Source: Candidatus Woesearchaeota archaeon
Lineage (GTDB): Archaea > Nanobdellota > Nanobdellia > Woesearchaeales > UBA583
DNA: 64,000 bases
Direction: 5' to 3'
Assembly: GCA_047602745.1 (NCBI GenBank)
Contig: JBLKOJ010000004.1
Location: 5,183 to 69,182 of the forward strand
The notes below the pieces were generated by a model. That model was not told where the DNA came from, did not search any database, and saw only the letters and a list, made by a program, of their open reading frames with translations. Below, piece by piece: positions 18,651-28,757 of the stretch. Every line of letters starts with the position of its first letter. The stretch's first letter is position 1. Position numbers and translations under genes: made by a program.

Positions 18651-20138
18651 CTAGTAAATGTAAGGAAAATCATCTTTTAAATGTTCAAGTGCATATTTAA
18701 TTTTAACCTCACTCTCACTATATAACTCAAACAATATATCTCCTTTTTGTATTTTGTCTCCTACTTTTTTTTTAATTATTAATCCCGCAGTTGGTGTAGT
18801 TGGAGCACCTACAATAAATGCAAGTTTTGAAATAGCCTTATTTTTAATTCCTTGTACAATTCCATCATGTCTGGCTATAATCTCCTCCCCATAAGTAGGA
18901 AATTCAGGTAACTGTTTATACCCTTGTGCTTTTCTAATTTGCTCAAACACTTCAAATCCTCTTCCACTTCTTAATAGTTTTAAAGCTAAATCATATCCTT
19001 TTCCTTTTACACACACTTTTGCAAGTTCAAAGATTTTACCTGTTAACACAAGTGCTTTCTCCATTAAATCTTTTGGAGCATCAGGAGAATTACTCAACAC
19101 TGCAAGCACATCTAATGCTTCAAAATACGGACCTACTCCAAAACCAATGGGTTGTGAACCATTAGTTATCTCAACACTTATGGTAAGTCCAATTGCTTCT
19201 CCTACTACTTCAAAACGTTTTTTTAATCGTTTAGCTTTACTTAAACTCTCAACTTTAGTTTGAGGACCATACGGAATATCAATTAACACATGTGTTGAAC
19301 CTGCAGATTTTTTTTTAGATAAAATACTTGCAATCATTTGATCTTCTGTATCAATATGAAGTGGGTGTTCTACTCTAATAATCATATCATCAGCAGGAGA
19401 TAAATCTAATGCACCACCCCACGCAAGACATCCTCCTACATTTTTTACAATATGATACATATCATCTAAATTTAGTTCCACATTTGCAAGCACCTCCATA
19501 GTATCAGCAGTCCCCGCAGGAGAAGTAATCGAACGTGAAGATGTTTTAGGAATTGTGAGTCCACCTGCAATAATTAACGGAATTGCAAGCATAGTTGTTC
19601 TATTATTTGGAACTCCTCCAATACAGTGCTTATCAACTATAATAGGTCTATTTACATTTGAAAATTCTAAATGTTTTCCACAATCAACCATTGCTTGAGT
19701 AAATGCAATCACTTCAGCGTCAGTGAGCTTATGTACTGAACATGCTAGGACAAAATATGTAGTTTCAACTTTACTATATGAATTATTTATAATATCTTCT
19801 AAAATCTCTAAAAAATGAGAATGTTCAAGTCTAATTTTATTTTCAAATTTAAGTCTCACATATTCAATAGATTTAGGTTTAGGAGCAGGATATATCATCA
19901 CTCCTCTTGAATATGCGCTTTGATTTAATTTAGCAGCTGCTTTTGAATTAAGCCCAATAGTATGAGAAGTATATGTTTTATCAACTTCAACATCACAAAT
20001 TAGTTTGGTATGCTTATCTTTTGTCTCAACTACTATTTTATCTCCTCCAACTACTTTAAGCATCTCAGCTACTTCTTGATTAATAATTGCGTGAAGTTCA
20101 TCTCCTGAATCAATATCTAATACTTTTACAGTAAACAT
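18651..20138 (-). CDS. deoA: AMP phosphorylase (archaeal thymidine phosphorylase family)
   Basis: 495 aa. Extra N-terminal domain MFTVKVLDIDSG..., DKHCIGGVPNNRTT, SSRSITSPAGTADTME blocks of the pyrimidine-nucleoside phosphorylase family. Confidence 0.8.
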   Translation of the reverse strand: MFTVKVLDIDSGDELHAIINQEVAEMLKVVGGDKIVVETKDKHTKLICDVEVDKTYTSHTIGLNSKAAAKLNQSAYSRGVMIYPAPKPKSIEYVRLKFENKIRLEHSHFLEILEDIINNSYSKVETTYFVLACSVHKLTDAEVIAFTQAMVDCGKHLEFSNVNRPIIVDKHCIGGVPNNRTTMLAIPLIIAGGLTIPKTSSRSITSPAGTADTMEVLANVELNLDDMYHIVKNVGGCLAWGGALDLSPADDMIIRVEHPLHIDTEDQMIASILSKKKSAGSTHVLIDIPYGPQTKVESLSKAKRLKKRFEVVGEAIGLTISVEITNGSQPIGFGVGPYFEALDVLAVLSNSPDAPKDLMEKALVLTGKIFELAKVCVKGKGYDLALKLLRSGRGFEVFEQIRKAQGYKQLPEFPTYGEEIIARHDGIVQGIKNKAISKLAFIVGAPTTPTAGLIIKKKVGDKIQKGDILFELYSESEVKIKYALEHLKDDFPYIY

Positions 20139-20262
20139 ATCTATTTTAAAGAAAATCTATTTTTAAATTTCCTTTATCTCTTAGAAGTTGAGAGTGGAAC
20201 TCTATGATAAAATTCTTCTATACAATCAAAGCATTAATAAATTAACAATTCTTTTTTTTTGT

Positions 20263-20940
20263 ATGAATTCACAAACATCTACTAATTCCAATTCATTTTC
20301 TAACTATCTTGATATTTCATATTGGTTTAATCCTCAAATTTTAGCTGATATCAAAACATTACAGCAACAATTCTCAAACGCACGACCGTATGAGCATATT
20401 TCAATTCAAAATATCCTAAAAGAAGAACTTGCAAAAGAATTAGAACAAGCATTATTTAGTTTGGACTATGAAGAATTTGATATTGATTTATATCATTTCT
20501 TTAAAACTCTTGATTTTAAATATGTCACCAATTTACCTGAAATATTACAGCAATTTCACACATTTATCTTTCAACCTCAAACAATTCAATGGTTTGAACA
20601 ACTTACTTCAACTCCTCTTAATACTTCACACAAAGGAGATTTACACTCCATTTTATTACAACATACACATTACTTATTATGTCACGATGATCAAGTTGAT
20701 CAGAGAAGTATTGCATTTATTATTAACTTATCTCACGATTTCTCAAAAGAGGATGGAGGAGCACTTGAAATTTTTGGACATAATACAAACAATGAACCAA
20801 CAAATCCTCAAAATACAATTATTCCAGAATTTAATCAATTAAATATATTTAAAGTAAGTCCTATCTCATTTCATCAAATTAATGAAGTAGAAGCAAAAGA
20901 TAAAAATAGACTCTCAATTAGTGGGTGGTATTACAAATGA
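20263..20940 (+). CDS. 2OG-Fe(II) oxygenase, Tpa1/OGFOD1-like catalytic domain (prolyl hydroxylase type)
   Basis: HxD in LLCHDDQVD, SIAFIINLSHDFSKEDGGALEIF, distal His FHQINEV, RLSISGWY. Track start 20188 is TTG, so ATG 20263 is preferred. Confidence 0.6.
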   Translation: MNSQTSTNSNSFSNYLDISYWFNPQILADIKTLQQQFSNARPYEHISIQNILKEELAKELEQALFSLDYEEFDIDLYHFFKTLDFKYVTNLPEILQQFHTFIFQPQTIQWFEQLTSTPLNTSHKGDLHSILLQHTHYLLCHDDQVDQRSIAFIINLSHDFSKEDGGALEIFGHNTNNEPTNPQNTIIPEFNQLNIFKVSPISFHQINEVEAKDKNRLSISGWYYK

Positions 20941-21578
20941 AACAACATATTCAACAGCTCTACAAAACAGAAGAATTTTTTGAACAAGCACAACAATTTT
21001 TTAATCAAGAAGGATTTATTCAACTCCAAGAATTTTTCAATTCAAAAGAAAAAGAAGTAAAAGATTGTTTTAGTACATTTTTAAACATTGATGACAATAT
21101 ATTTGAAGAAAAATATTCTCCTCTTATTCATAGAAAATTTGAGATGAGTCCACAGAATATACCACTTTCAATATTAGAATGTATTGAGTTTTTTAAAAGT
21201 AAAACCTTTGAAGAATATCTTGAACAACTCACAGGATTTAGTATTCAACATACAAAAACAAGTATTTCTAAATTTAAACATAAATGCTTTGAACTTATTC
21301 ATGACTCTAAACTCACTGACTCAATGCTCATTGATGTCTACTTTTTTATTTCAAAAGATGACTTTGAACAAGAAGAAGGAGGACATAAAGTATATACCAC
21401 ATTTGATGAAGAACTGTTTTATATTCAACCAACTTCAAATACTCTAACATGTGTATTTAGAGATGAAGAACTTAGAATATATACTAAATATATCAATTCT
21501 CTTGCAAAAAATAAAGAATATATTCAAATTCACTCTACTTTTGAAATATTGGGAACTTTAGAGGAAGATTTAGTATAA
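20937..21578 (+). CDS. Second double-stranded beta-helix domain protein, non-catalytic (Tpa1/Ofd1 C-terminal-domain-like)
   Basis: ATGA overlap with the upstream stop. ELIHDSKLTDSMLIDVYFFISKDDFEQEEGGHKVY mirrors the upstream domain but lacks HxD. Confidence 0.45.
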   Translation: MKQHIQQLYKTEEFFEQAQQFFNQEGFIQLQEFFNSKEKEVKDCFSTFLNIDDNIFEEKYSPLIHRKFEMSPQNIPLSILECIEFFKSKTFEEYLEQLTGFSIQHTKTSISKFKHKCFELIHDSKLTDSMLIDVYFFISKDDFEQEEGGHKVYTTFDEELFYIQPTSNTLTCVFRDEELRIYTKYINSLAKNKEYIQIHSTFEILGTLEEDLV

Positions 21579-21633
21579 ATTTTCAATTTTTATTACCAAT
21601 TAAGTTTATTAATAAATTTGTATTTTATATACT

Positions 21634-22704
21634 ATGTATTCAATACCAAAAGTTTTCACTTCTAAACATTATGCTGACAATTGTATCTTAGCAATGGAAG
21701 AATTTGCACTTAAAAAAAGAGATGAAATTACTAAAAGATGGAGCGTCTCTGTTCAAGCTAAGCAAAATTTAAAAGGAGAGGAAATAATATTTAACAAAAG
21801 AAAAGACTTAGAAATTGAAAAAATTCGTTTTATTAACAAAAAAGGATTTCAAATACTTCAAAATGTAATTAAACAATTTCCAATACCTCAGAAAATGCCT
21901 CCAGTATACCAAGAATTACTCTCAACATCGGGAACTTCATTAAAAGAATATGAACAAGCACTTAAAACTATAAAACAAATTCAAACTAACTTAGATATGC
22001 TATGTTCTCAGTATTTACGTAAAGTCCAGTATGCAAAAGGACATAACACCTTAAGATTTCAATTCAAAAAATTTATGGGTAAATATAATTCATACTTTAC
22101 AAAAGAAGAACAAGCCTTTAAAACACTTCAACAAGTGTCTGAGTTTTTATCTAAACTTCCTACATTTAAAGATATTTTCACCACTGCAATTGCAGGATTT
22201 CCAAATGTTGGTAAATCAACACTAATGAAAAAAATTACTAATAGTGATGTTGAAATTCAAAATTATCCCTTTACTACAAAAGGATTAATGTTTGGATATA
22301 TTTATCTTAATGATGTTCCTCTCGTTCAATTTATTGATACACCTGGACTTTTAGGAAGAACTAAATCTAATGCAATTGAACAAAGAGCTCAGATAATTAT
22401 TCAACAATTTGCAAATCAACTCATATTTGTACTTGACTTGACAACAAGTTGTGGATATACTGTTGACTCACAAATAAAATTACTTAAAGAAACAATAAAA
22501 TTAGAAAAGCCACTTGTAATTTATATTTCAAAAACAGATTTATTTGAAGAAGATGAAAAAGAAGAGTTTGAAGCAATTAAAAAGCAATTTAAAAAAATTA
22601 AAATGTTTACAGATTCACAAGAATTAACTAGGTATATAGAAGAAGAGGAGAAGAAAACCCAAAAACTAAATATGAATTCTATTCCAACATTAAAGTTTAA
22701 TTAA
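21634..22704 (+). CDS. NOG1-family ribosome-biogenesis GTPase (archaeal)
   Basis: Helical N-domain (~185 aa), then G1 GFPNVGKST, FTTKG, G3 DTPGLL, and ISKTD at the G4 position. Confidence 0.7.
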   Translation: MYSIPKVFTSKHYADNCILAMEEFALKKRDEITKRWSVSVQAKQNLKGEEIIFNKRKDLEIEKIRFINKKGFQILQNVIKQFPIPQKMPPVYQELLSTSGTSLKEYEQALKTIKQIQTNLDMLCSQYLRKVQYAKGHNTLRFQFKKFMGKYNSYFTKEEQAFKTLQQVSEFLSKLPTFKDIFTTAIAGFPNVGKSTLMKKITNSDVEIQNYPFTTKGLMFGYIYLNDVPLVQFIDTPGLLGRTKSNAIEQRAQIIIQQFANQLIFVLDLTTSCGYTVDSQIKLLKETIKLEKPLVIYISKTDLFEEDEKEEFEAIKKQFKKIKMFTDSQELTRYIEEEEKKTQKLNMNSIPTLKFN

Positions 22705-22742
22705 TATTTCTAAAATATTTTAAATATAATTTTCACATTTAT

Positions 22743-23903
22743 TTAATCAATAATTTTTCCGATAAGTAAATTTTGAGGTTGTGAAGAAATACTCAAACTT
22801 TGAGTTGAAAAAGCCTCCTCTTGTGCATTTACATATACTTTATGCTCATTAGAATTATCAAGTACAAATACAACATGATACCACTTGCCACCTGTAAATT
22901 TATCTGTTTTTGATTTAATTTCAAACTCAATATTTCCGCCTCCATCAAATGTATAAAATCCAACTCTTCCTGTCTCTTGAATATTAAATCCAATACCATA
23001 GTTTGAATTATCTGATAGAGCAAAAAAGAATGCATCTGTTGAAGAGTCTAATGTTTTTTTAGGCTTAAACCAAAATGAAGTAGTTGTACGTTGATTCATT
23101 TCGAAATTTTCAATGGTCACAAATTGGTCCTCCTCAAAATCTAATCCTGCAAGTAAAATTCCTTTTCTTGAAGTTGGGGTATTACTATCAAAGCTAGCCG
23201 TACTTCCTAGGATGAAATTATATGTCTTAGTATCATCAAGGCCCGTTTGACTCATTGAATCAAATGTTAAGATTAAATTTTCAATATTTGAAAGAGTTGA
23301 AAATACTCTAATATTTGAATCAAATTCTGAGAAAACTATATCTGATGAGCCAAGCTCAATTTGACTCTCAATATTTTCCCCACCAACTTCACTTTGAGAA
23401 ATTCTACTTACTCTTCTAAAATTATCATCTTTAAAATTTAGATTATTTAATTCAAACTGATATTTTTTACCAGAACAAGAAATCAATGTCAAAATAGAAT
23501 TAGAATTAGACACATTGGAACTTATAAAAATTCTTCCTTGTCTTTCTCTATTGAGTATCTTATGAGTATTAGACAAAAATTCTACAGGAGAGTAATCTTT
23601 GTGAGTTGATACTATAAAATTATTATCTATAAAAATATCAAAACAAATTGAATTTCCTGACATTGTCTGAAAGTTTCTATCTCCAGCATTTTCAAACTCT
23701 AAGACCAATTTTCCATATTGACTTACAAGTCCTTCAAGTTGAATTTCCTCTTCAATAATTGACAATAATCTATCTATCCCTTCACGTTGTATCTTATCTT
23801 GGTCAAGAACTTGTGATGAATACATCGTAATTGTGCCAATCATTGCTCCAATTGTTATAAATACTGTCAAAGAGAATGCTATTATAGTTCCAAATCCTGC
23901 CAT
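22743..23903 (-). CDS. Pilin/FlaF-like protein with C-terminal LamG (concanavalin-like lectin) domain
   Basis: N-terminus MAGFGTIIAFSLTVFITIGAMIG. C-terminal SFWFKPKK...GKWYHVVFVLDNSNEHKVYVNAQE typical of Laminin_G_3. Confidence 0.6.
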   Translation of the reverse strand: MAGFGTIIAFSLTVFITIGAMIGTITMYSSQVLDQDKIQREGIDRLLSIIEEEIQLEGLVSQYGKLVLEFENAGDRNFQTMSGNSICFDIFIDNNFIVSTHKDYSPVEFLSNTHKILNRERQGRIFISSNVSNSNSILTLISCSGKKYQFELNNLNFKDDNFRRVSRISQSEVGGENIESQIELGSSDIVFSEFDSNIRVFSTLSNIENLILTFDSMSQTGLDDTKTYNFILGSTASFDSNTPTSRKGILLAGLDFEEDQFVTIENFEMNQRTTTSFWFKPKKTLDSSTDAFFFALSDNSNYGIGFNIQETGRVGFYTFDGGGNIEFEIKSKTDKFTGGKWYHVVFVLDNSNEHKVYVNAQEEAFSTQSLSISSQPQNLLIGKIID

Positions 23904-23923
23904 TTTATATTGTTCAAAATATC

Positions 23924-24412
23924 TTAGTCAACATTAAAATTTCTTTTAATGATATTTCCAAACTCAGTTACAATAATTACTTCGTGAGTTCCAGGACTTA
24001 ACTGAGTTGGAAATACAACTCTAATTGTATCTTGCAAGTCCATTACTTGAATTGGAGAGTTAGTATTTGCATTTAGAGTTTCTAAGTTTTTTTTAAATTC
24101 TTGATTTATGAAAAAATTTAGTAGATTAGTATCTAGAGTAGTTTTTCCCACATTTCTTACAAAAATAACTACCTCTTCTTGTTCGGGTTCGTAAAATACG
24201 TTTGAAATTATTAACTGTGTTTGAACTTTTTTTAAAATTAAATCTTGTTGTGTAGTTAAACTATCTTGACTTTGGGTTACGAATTGTTGAAAAGCAATAA
24301 TTACTCCTAAAGAAACTCCAATTACTGCTATAAATAAAATAAGAGCTGAAATTGCATCTCCAGCTCCTTTTTTTAAAATTTTTGATGGAAAAATTTTTTT
24401 TATAATAATCAT
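23924..24412 (-). CDS. Archaeal class III signal peptide (type IV pilin / FlaG-like) protein
   Basis: KKGAGDAISALILFIAVIGVSLGVIIAF N-terminus, 162 aa. Confidence 0.5.
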   Translation of the reverse strand: MIIIKKIFPSKILKKGAGDAISALILFIAVIGVSLGVIIAFQQFVTQSQDSLTTQQDLILKKVQTQLIISNVFYEPEQEEVVIFVRNVGKTTLDTNLLNFFINQEFKKNLETLNANTNSPIQVMDLQDTIRVVFPTQLSPGTHEVIIVTEFGNIIKRNFNVD

Positions 24413-24566
24413 TTAAATAAACATAAAGAAATATATTTTATAAAATTAAGTTATGATTTGAAAGAGAATAAACTATAATATTCATTTTAATTCTTTATTA
24501 TATTTTGAACTTTTAATTTTTTGAATTCATAAAAATAAAAATTGTTTTCTAAAATTATTATAATGT

Positions 24567-25061
24567 TTAAAAAATAATTTGTTTTTCAGCACCTGAGTTA
24601 TGTACTATTAATAGATTATTAGAATTTGAGAAATTATCAAAAATAATTTGTACTTCAAAATCTTCAAATGGAGTAATTAATTTATACTTAATTGGTGATA
24701 AATTAGAATCTAAAAATTCAATATTAGAGCTCTTAATAAAATTTGAATTAATAAAAAAAGAAAACTCATTAACTAAAAATTGAGTTGAACCAATATTTCT
24801 AATTCTCAGAGTTAAATTAGATTGAGCTTTACTAATTTCTAAAATTTCAAAATTCTGATTTCTACTCTCAATTGATGTAATATAATTTGATGATAATTGC
24901 TCCTGCGTAACTAGAACTGAATTTTGATAATTTGAAAACATAATAACACCTATGATAGTTAATGAAGAAAATAAGACTAATACAACAATTGCTTCAGAAA
25001 ATGCAATTTTTGATTTAAAATACTTTGAGATTTTTCTATAATTACAAAAAATTTTATTCAT
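24567..25061 (-). CDS. Archaeal class III signal peptide (type IV pilin / FlaG-like) protein
   Basis: KSKIAFSEAIVVLVLFSSLTIIGVIMF N-terminus, 164 aa. Confidence 0.45.
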   Translation of the reverse strand: MNKIFCNYRKISKYFKSKIAFSEAIVVLVLFSSLTIIGVIMFSNYQNSVLVTQEQLSSNYITSIESRNQNFEILEISKAQSNLTLRIRNIGSTQFLVNEFSFFINSNFIKSSNIEFLDSNLSPIKYKLITPFEDFEVQIIFDNFSNSNNLLIVHNSGAEKQIIF

Positions 25062-25218
25062 ACAATAGTTTGTTTAAGAGTAAAAAATTTATAAATTTTC
25101 TTCATTCAAAAAGAATTATAAATAGAATTTTTCAAATTAAATTTCATTATTATTATTTTTCAAAATTCTATTTCTCAAATACGTAATACTTAAAAACTTA
25201 ACGTAACCATACATATGT

Positions 25219-26556
25219 ATGTCAACATTTACATTTGCTCATTTAGCAGATATTCATTTAGGTTCATTTAGAGAACAAAAACTCAAAAATTTACAAATCA
25301 ATCAATTTATTAAAACAATTGATGAAATTTGTACTGATTCATATGATTTTGTAGTGATAAGTGGAGATATATTTAATGTTCCCCTTCCTCCTCTTGAATA
25401 TATTGAACTTGTAATTGAACAGATGAAAAGATTACAAGAACTCAATATTAAAGTATTCGTAATTGGAGGTTCACATGATTACTCTTTAACACATAAAAGT
25501 TTTATTCAAATCTTAGACTCTGTAGGAATTTGGAGAGATGTTGGAAAGTGGAGAAGTATTGACTCACAAACGATTGAGCTTATCCCCACTACATTTTCTC
25601 TTGAAGAGATAAACATTGAAATTTGTGGAGTGTTAGGGAAAAAAAATGGGTTAGACTCTAAAATATATGAAAAACTAATTTCAACAAATAAGGATATAAA
25701 AAAAATTACTTCTAGGAAAAATAATCATAAGACTTACTCCATATTTATGTTTCACTCAACTATCAAAGAACTATTACAATCAACTCAGCATAAACAAATT
25801 CCTTGTTCATACTCTTCCTCAATTCTTCCAAAAGAATTTAATTATTATGCCGGAGGACATATCCACTATCCAAATTCTATTTCATATGAAGATAATTCAA
25901 TACTTGCATATTCAGGACCTATTTTTCCAAACAGTTTTAGTGAATTTAAAGATTCATTTTCAGGATTTTATAAAGTAATTGTTGATACTCAAACTCTTAA
26001 ACAGACAAGTGAATATGTCAAACTTCCTTTAATTAACATTATTGAATGTTCTATTGATTGTGAAAATAAATTACAAAGTGAAGTAGGGCAACTCATAGAA
26101 GAGAGAATCGCTCTTTTAGAACAACACAATTCCATTAAAGATTCAATGGTATTATTTGAATTATTTGGTGAATTAAATGAGGTTTCAAAATCTCTGCCAA
26201 TTGACACATATATTTCTAAATTATACAATATGGGCGCATATATTATTTTAAAAAATACCCTTCAACTCACGTCTAAAAAAATTACTCATACTCACAAACC
26301 CGCATCGTTTTCAACTGCACAAGAATTGGAGGCTAGTATTTCCAAAAAAATATTTAATTCAAATCCTAGAAATGATGAACTCATAAGAAACCAAGATGTA
26401 GATTTTAACTTGCTAGTTGAGTGTTCAAAAGTTCTTCTTGAACTTGATACAAAAAAACAAGAAGAAGAAACAAATTATCATTATGAAGAAAGAGTTGTAA
26501 AACAAATCCATACTATTTTAAATGAGTATTTATCTATTACATTTAAGAGGAATTAA
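25219..26556 (+). CDS. mre11: Mre11/SbcD-like metallophosphoesterase nuclease
   Basis: ADIHLG, ISGDIFN, IGGSHD, MFHS, GGHIH motifs in canonical order. The C-terminal half is unassignable. No Rad50 adjacent. Confidence 0.65.
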   Translation: MSTFTFAHLADIHLGSFREQKLKNLQINQFIKTIDEICTDSYDFVVISGDIFNVPLPPLEYIELVIEQMKRLQELNIKVFVIGGSHDYSLTHKSFIQILDSVGIWRDVGKWRSIDSQTIELIPTTFSLEEINIEICGVLGKKNGLDSKIYEKLISTNKDIKKITSRKNNHKTYSIFMFHSTIKELLQSTQHKQIPCSYSSSILPKEFNYYAGGHIHYPNSISYEDNSILAYSGPIFPNSFSEFKDSFSGFYKVIVDTQTLKQTSEYVKLPLINIIECSIDCENKLQSEVGQLIEERIALLEQHNSIKDSMVLFELFGELNEVSKSLPIDTYISKLYNMGAYIILKNTLQLTSKKITHTHKPASFSTAQELEASISKKIFNSNPRNDELIRNQDVDFNLLVECSKVLLELDTKKQEEETNYHYEERVVKQIHTILNEYLSITFKRN

Positions 26557-26655
26557 ACTAAATATTTACTTGAATATAATATTAGTAATTATAATATATA
26601 ATTATAATACATAATATAAAAAAAACAATTAAGAACTTATAAAAATAAAAAACAA

Positions 26656-27912
26656 ATGATAACAAAACAATTTCAACATACTACTCATAGCATCATTTTA
26701 GAAATTAAAACTATTGGGATAATTGATAAAACAGATATTATTGGAACATTGTATAAACAACTCAGTAATGTTCTTACAAAATCTGCAAATTTTGAAGAAT
26801 TAGTAAAAACGGGTAAAATTGGAAACTTAGAAATTTCAATTAAAACTTATAAAGGAAATTCAAAAGCACAATGTATTATTCCAACAAATTTAGATATTCA
26901 AAATGTGTGTTTACTTGCTGCAAAATGTGAACAAATTACTAAGATAGGGCATACTAAAGGAGAAATTCGGGTACTTAATATTATACATACACAAGAAGAT
27001 ATTGAAAATCAAATTCATAAAAGAGCACAAGAACTTGAAGAAAAATTTTTTAAAAATACTATCATACCAGAAACTTCTTCTGATTCTTCTAAAAAATCAA
27101 CATCTAAAACTATAAATACAAAAACCTTAACTTCTCAAAAAAAATCTCAGCAAGAAGTTATAGAATTAATTCCTAATTGTTATTCAACTCCAAATATTGA
27201 ACTAGAAAAGGTTTTATTATTTGTTGAAGGAAGAAGTGATGTGAGACATTTAGTATATCATGGATTTACTAATATTATCTCAGTGAATGGTTCTCATTTA
27301 GATATTTTGCAGATTAAAAAATTGCCCTGGTTTAAAGAAAAAATTGTATACCTCGTATTAGATGGAGATTCATCTGCTCAAAAAATAGCTCAGCAACTTC
27401 AGGAACATTTTACATTTGAACAAGTAATTTTTGCTCCTAATAATAAAGAAATTACTGAATTAAAAAAATATGAACTTAATAGAATTTTAAAAAGAACTCA
27501 AAAGATAAACAATAAAAATGAGAATACTCACAATAAAGATATTTCTAAAAAAGATGGAGAAAATAAAATTTTAAGTGAAGAAGAAACTGAAAAACAATAT
27601 TTTACTAAAGAAGAATATTTTGTAATTGAAAATTATCTTCAAGCAGTAGAAGGAAAAGGAAGAGTTGTCGGATTTGATGAAGGACTTGGTTTGTTATTTG
27701 ATATCCCTCTTCAAAATTTTAAAGAAACTTCTCTTGAAAATGTATACCTTTTAATAATTGACGCATTATTTGAAAACTCTTTGTCTAAAAAAATCAATTC
27801 CCAAATTAAACAAACTCAACTCTCTTGTATTATAGCAAGAGGAATTCCAACTCCTCTTAAAAATATTAAGATAATTTCTTTTAATGAATTTAAAGCATCT
27901 GTGGAGGGGTAG
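26656..27912 (+). CDS. dnaG: Archaeal DnaG-type primase (Toprim domain)
   Basis: Toprim LLFVEGRSDVRHLVYHGFTNIISVNG and LVLDGDSSAQKIAQQL. Size and layout match archaeal DnaG. Confidence 0.6.
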   Translation: MITKQFQHTTHSIILEIKTIGIIDKTDIIGTLYKQLSNVLTKSANFEELVKTGKIGNLEISIKTYKGNSKAQCIIPTNLDIQNVCLLAAKCEQITKIGHTKGEIRVLNIIHTQEDIENQIHKRAQELEEKFFKNTIIPETSSDSSKKSTSKTINTKTLTSQKKSQQEVIELIPNCYSTPNIELEKVLLFVEGRSDVRHLVYHGFTNIISVNGSHLDILQIKKLPWFKEKIVYLVLDGDSSAQKIAQQLQEHFTFEQVIFAPNNKEITELKKYELNRILKRTQKINNKNENTHNKDISKKDGENKILSEEETEKQYFTKEEYFVIENYLQAVEGKGRVVGFDEGLGLLFDIPLQNFKETSLENVYLLIIDALFENSLSKKINSQIKQTQLSCIIARGIPTPLKNIKIISFNEFKASVEG

Positions 27913-28068
27913 AAATATTGAGAGAAAAGTCATTTTGGGAGATTTTTAAAACCTCTTCTTAAAACTCCTAGATTTGCAAAAGTGCTTCATTTCTATAACT
28001 CTTTTTAATAAAGATAATTTTTCTTCTTCATTATCTTTTTAAACTACTGATAACTTCTTATCTATATA

Positions 28069-28593
28069 ATGTTAAATGAAGAACAAGTTTTTGTAAGTTT
28101 ATCAAGACTCCCAGTAGTTATTGGACAAGAAGGTACTACAAGAAAACTTATTGAGAGTAAATTTGAAGTAAACCTTGAAATTGATTCTAAAAGTGGGGAA
28201 ATAATAATTAAAGGAGAAGACTCATCAAAAAGATATATTACATCATTAGTATTACAAGCAATTAATTATGGTTTCTCACCTGAAAATGCACTATTTTTAG
28301 AAGATGAGTTTAATGTGCTTGATGTTATTGATGTTAAAAAAAGCATAAGGGATTCACATAGACTTAAAGTGGTGATGGGAAGAATTATTGGACAAGAAGG
28401 TAAGACTAGAAAATTAATTGAAGAAATTACTTTGTGTAAGGTAACAATTAAAGATAATTTTGTAGCAGTAATTGGAAAATTTGAAAATGTACAGCTAGTT
28501 CATGAAGCACTGGGGATGCTTATTAAAGGTGCAAGCCATAAAAGTTTTTATGGATATTTAGAGAGAAATAAAGTGTCACAATTTGAATTTTAA
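28069..28593 (+). CDS. KH-domain RNA-binding protein (archaeal Dim2/Pno1-like)
   Basis: Two KH cores VIGQEGTTRKLIE and IIGQEGKTRKLIE, 174 aa. Confidence 0.7.
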   Translation: MLNEEQVFVSLSRLPVVIGQEGTTRKLIESKFEVNLEIDSKSGEIIIKGEDSSKRYITSLVLQAINYGFSPENALFLEDEFNVLDVIDVKKSIRDSHRLKVVMGRIIGQEGKTRKLIEEITLCKVTIKDNFVAVIGKFENVQLVHEALGMLIKGASHKSFYGYLERNKVSQFEF

Positions 28594-28679
28594 ATTTTTA
28601 ATAAAATATTAATATTTGTATAATATGTCAATAATAAAACAAATTTTTTACTTAATCAATTTTGCAGAATTTAGAAATA

Positions 28680-28687
28680 TTTATAAA
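28680..28687 (+). promoter_or_regulatory. TATA box (TTTATAAA) upstream of EF-1 alpha
   Basis: aaatatttataaaact, ~70 nt upstream of ATG 28758, implying a ~45-nt leader. Confidence 0.4.
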
Positions 28688-28757
28688 ACTCGTCCCATTT
28701 ATGAATAAGTATAGAGAGTAATCTCTGTTGTAATGAAATTACGAAAATCAATTAAAA

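Noticed and set aside
25219-26556. Mre11-like gene without an adjacent Rad50, HerA or NurA as a sign of a novel nuclease system
   Set aside because: The phosphoesterase motifs are generic to the calcineurin-like family and the partners may simply be encoded elsewhere. The neighbouring dnaG is a housekeeping gene, so no system-level inference is justified.
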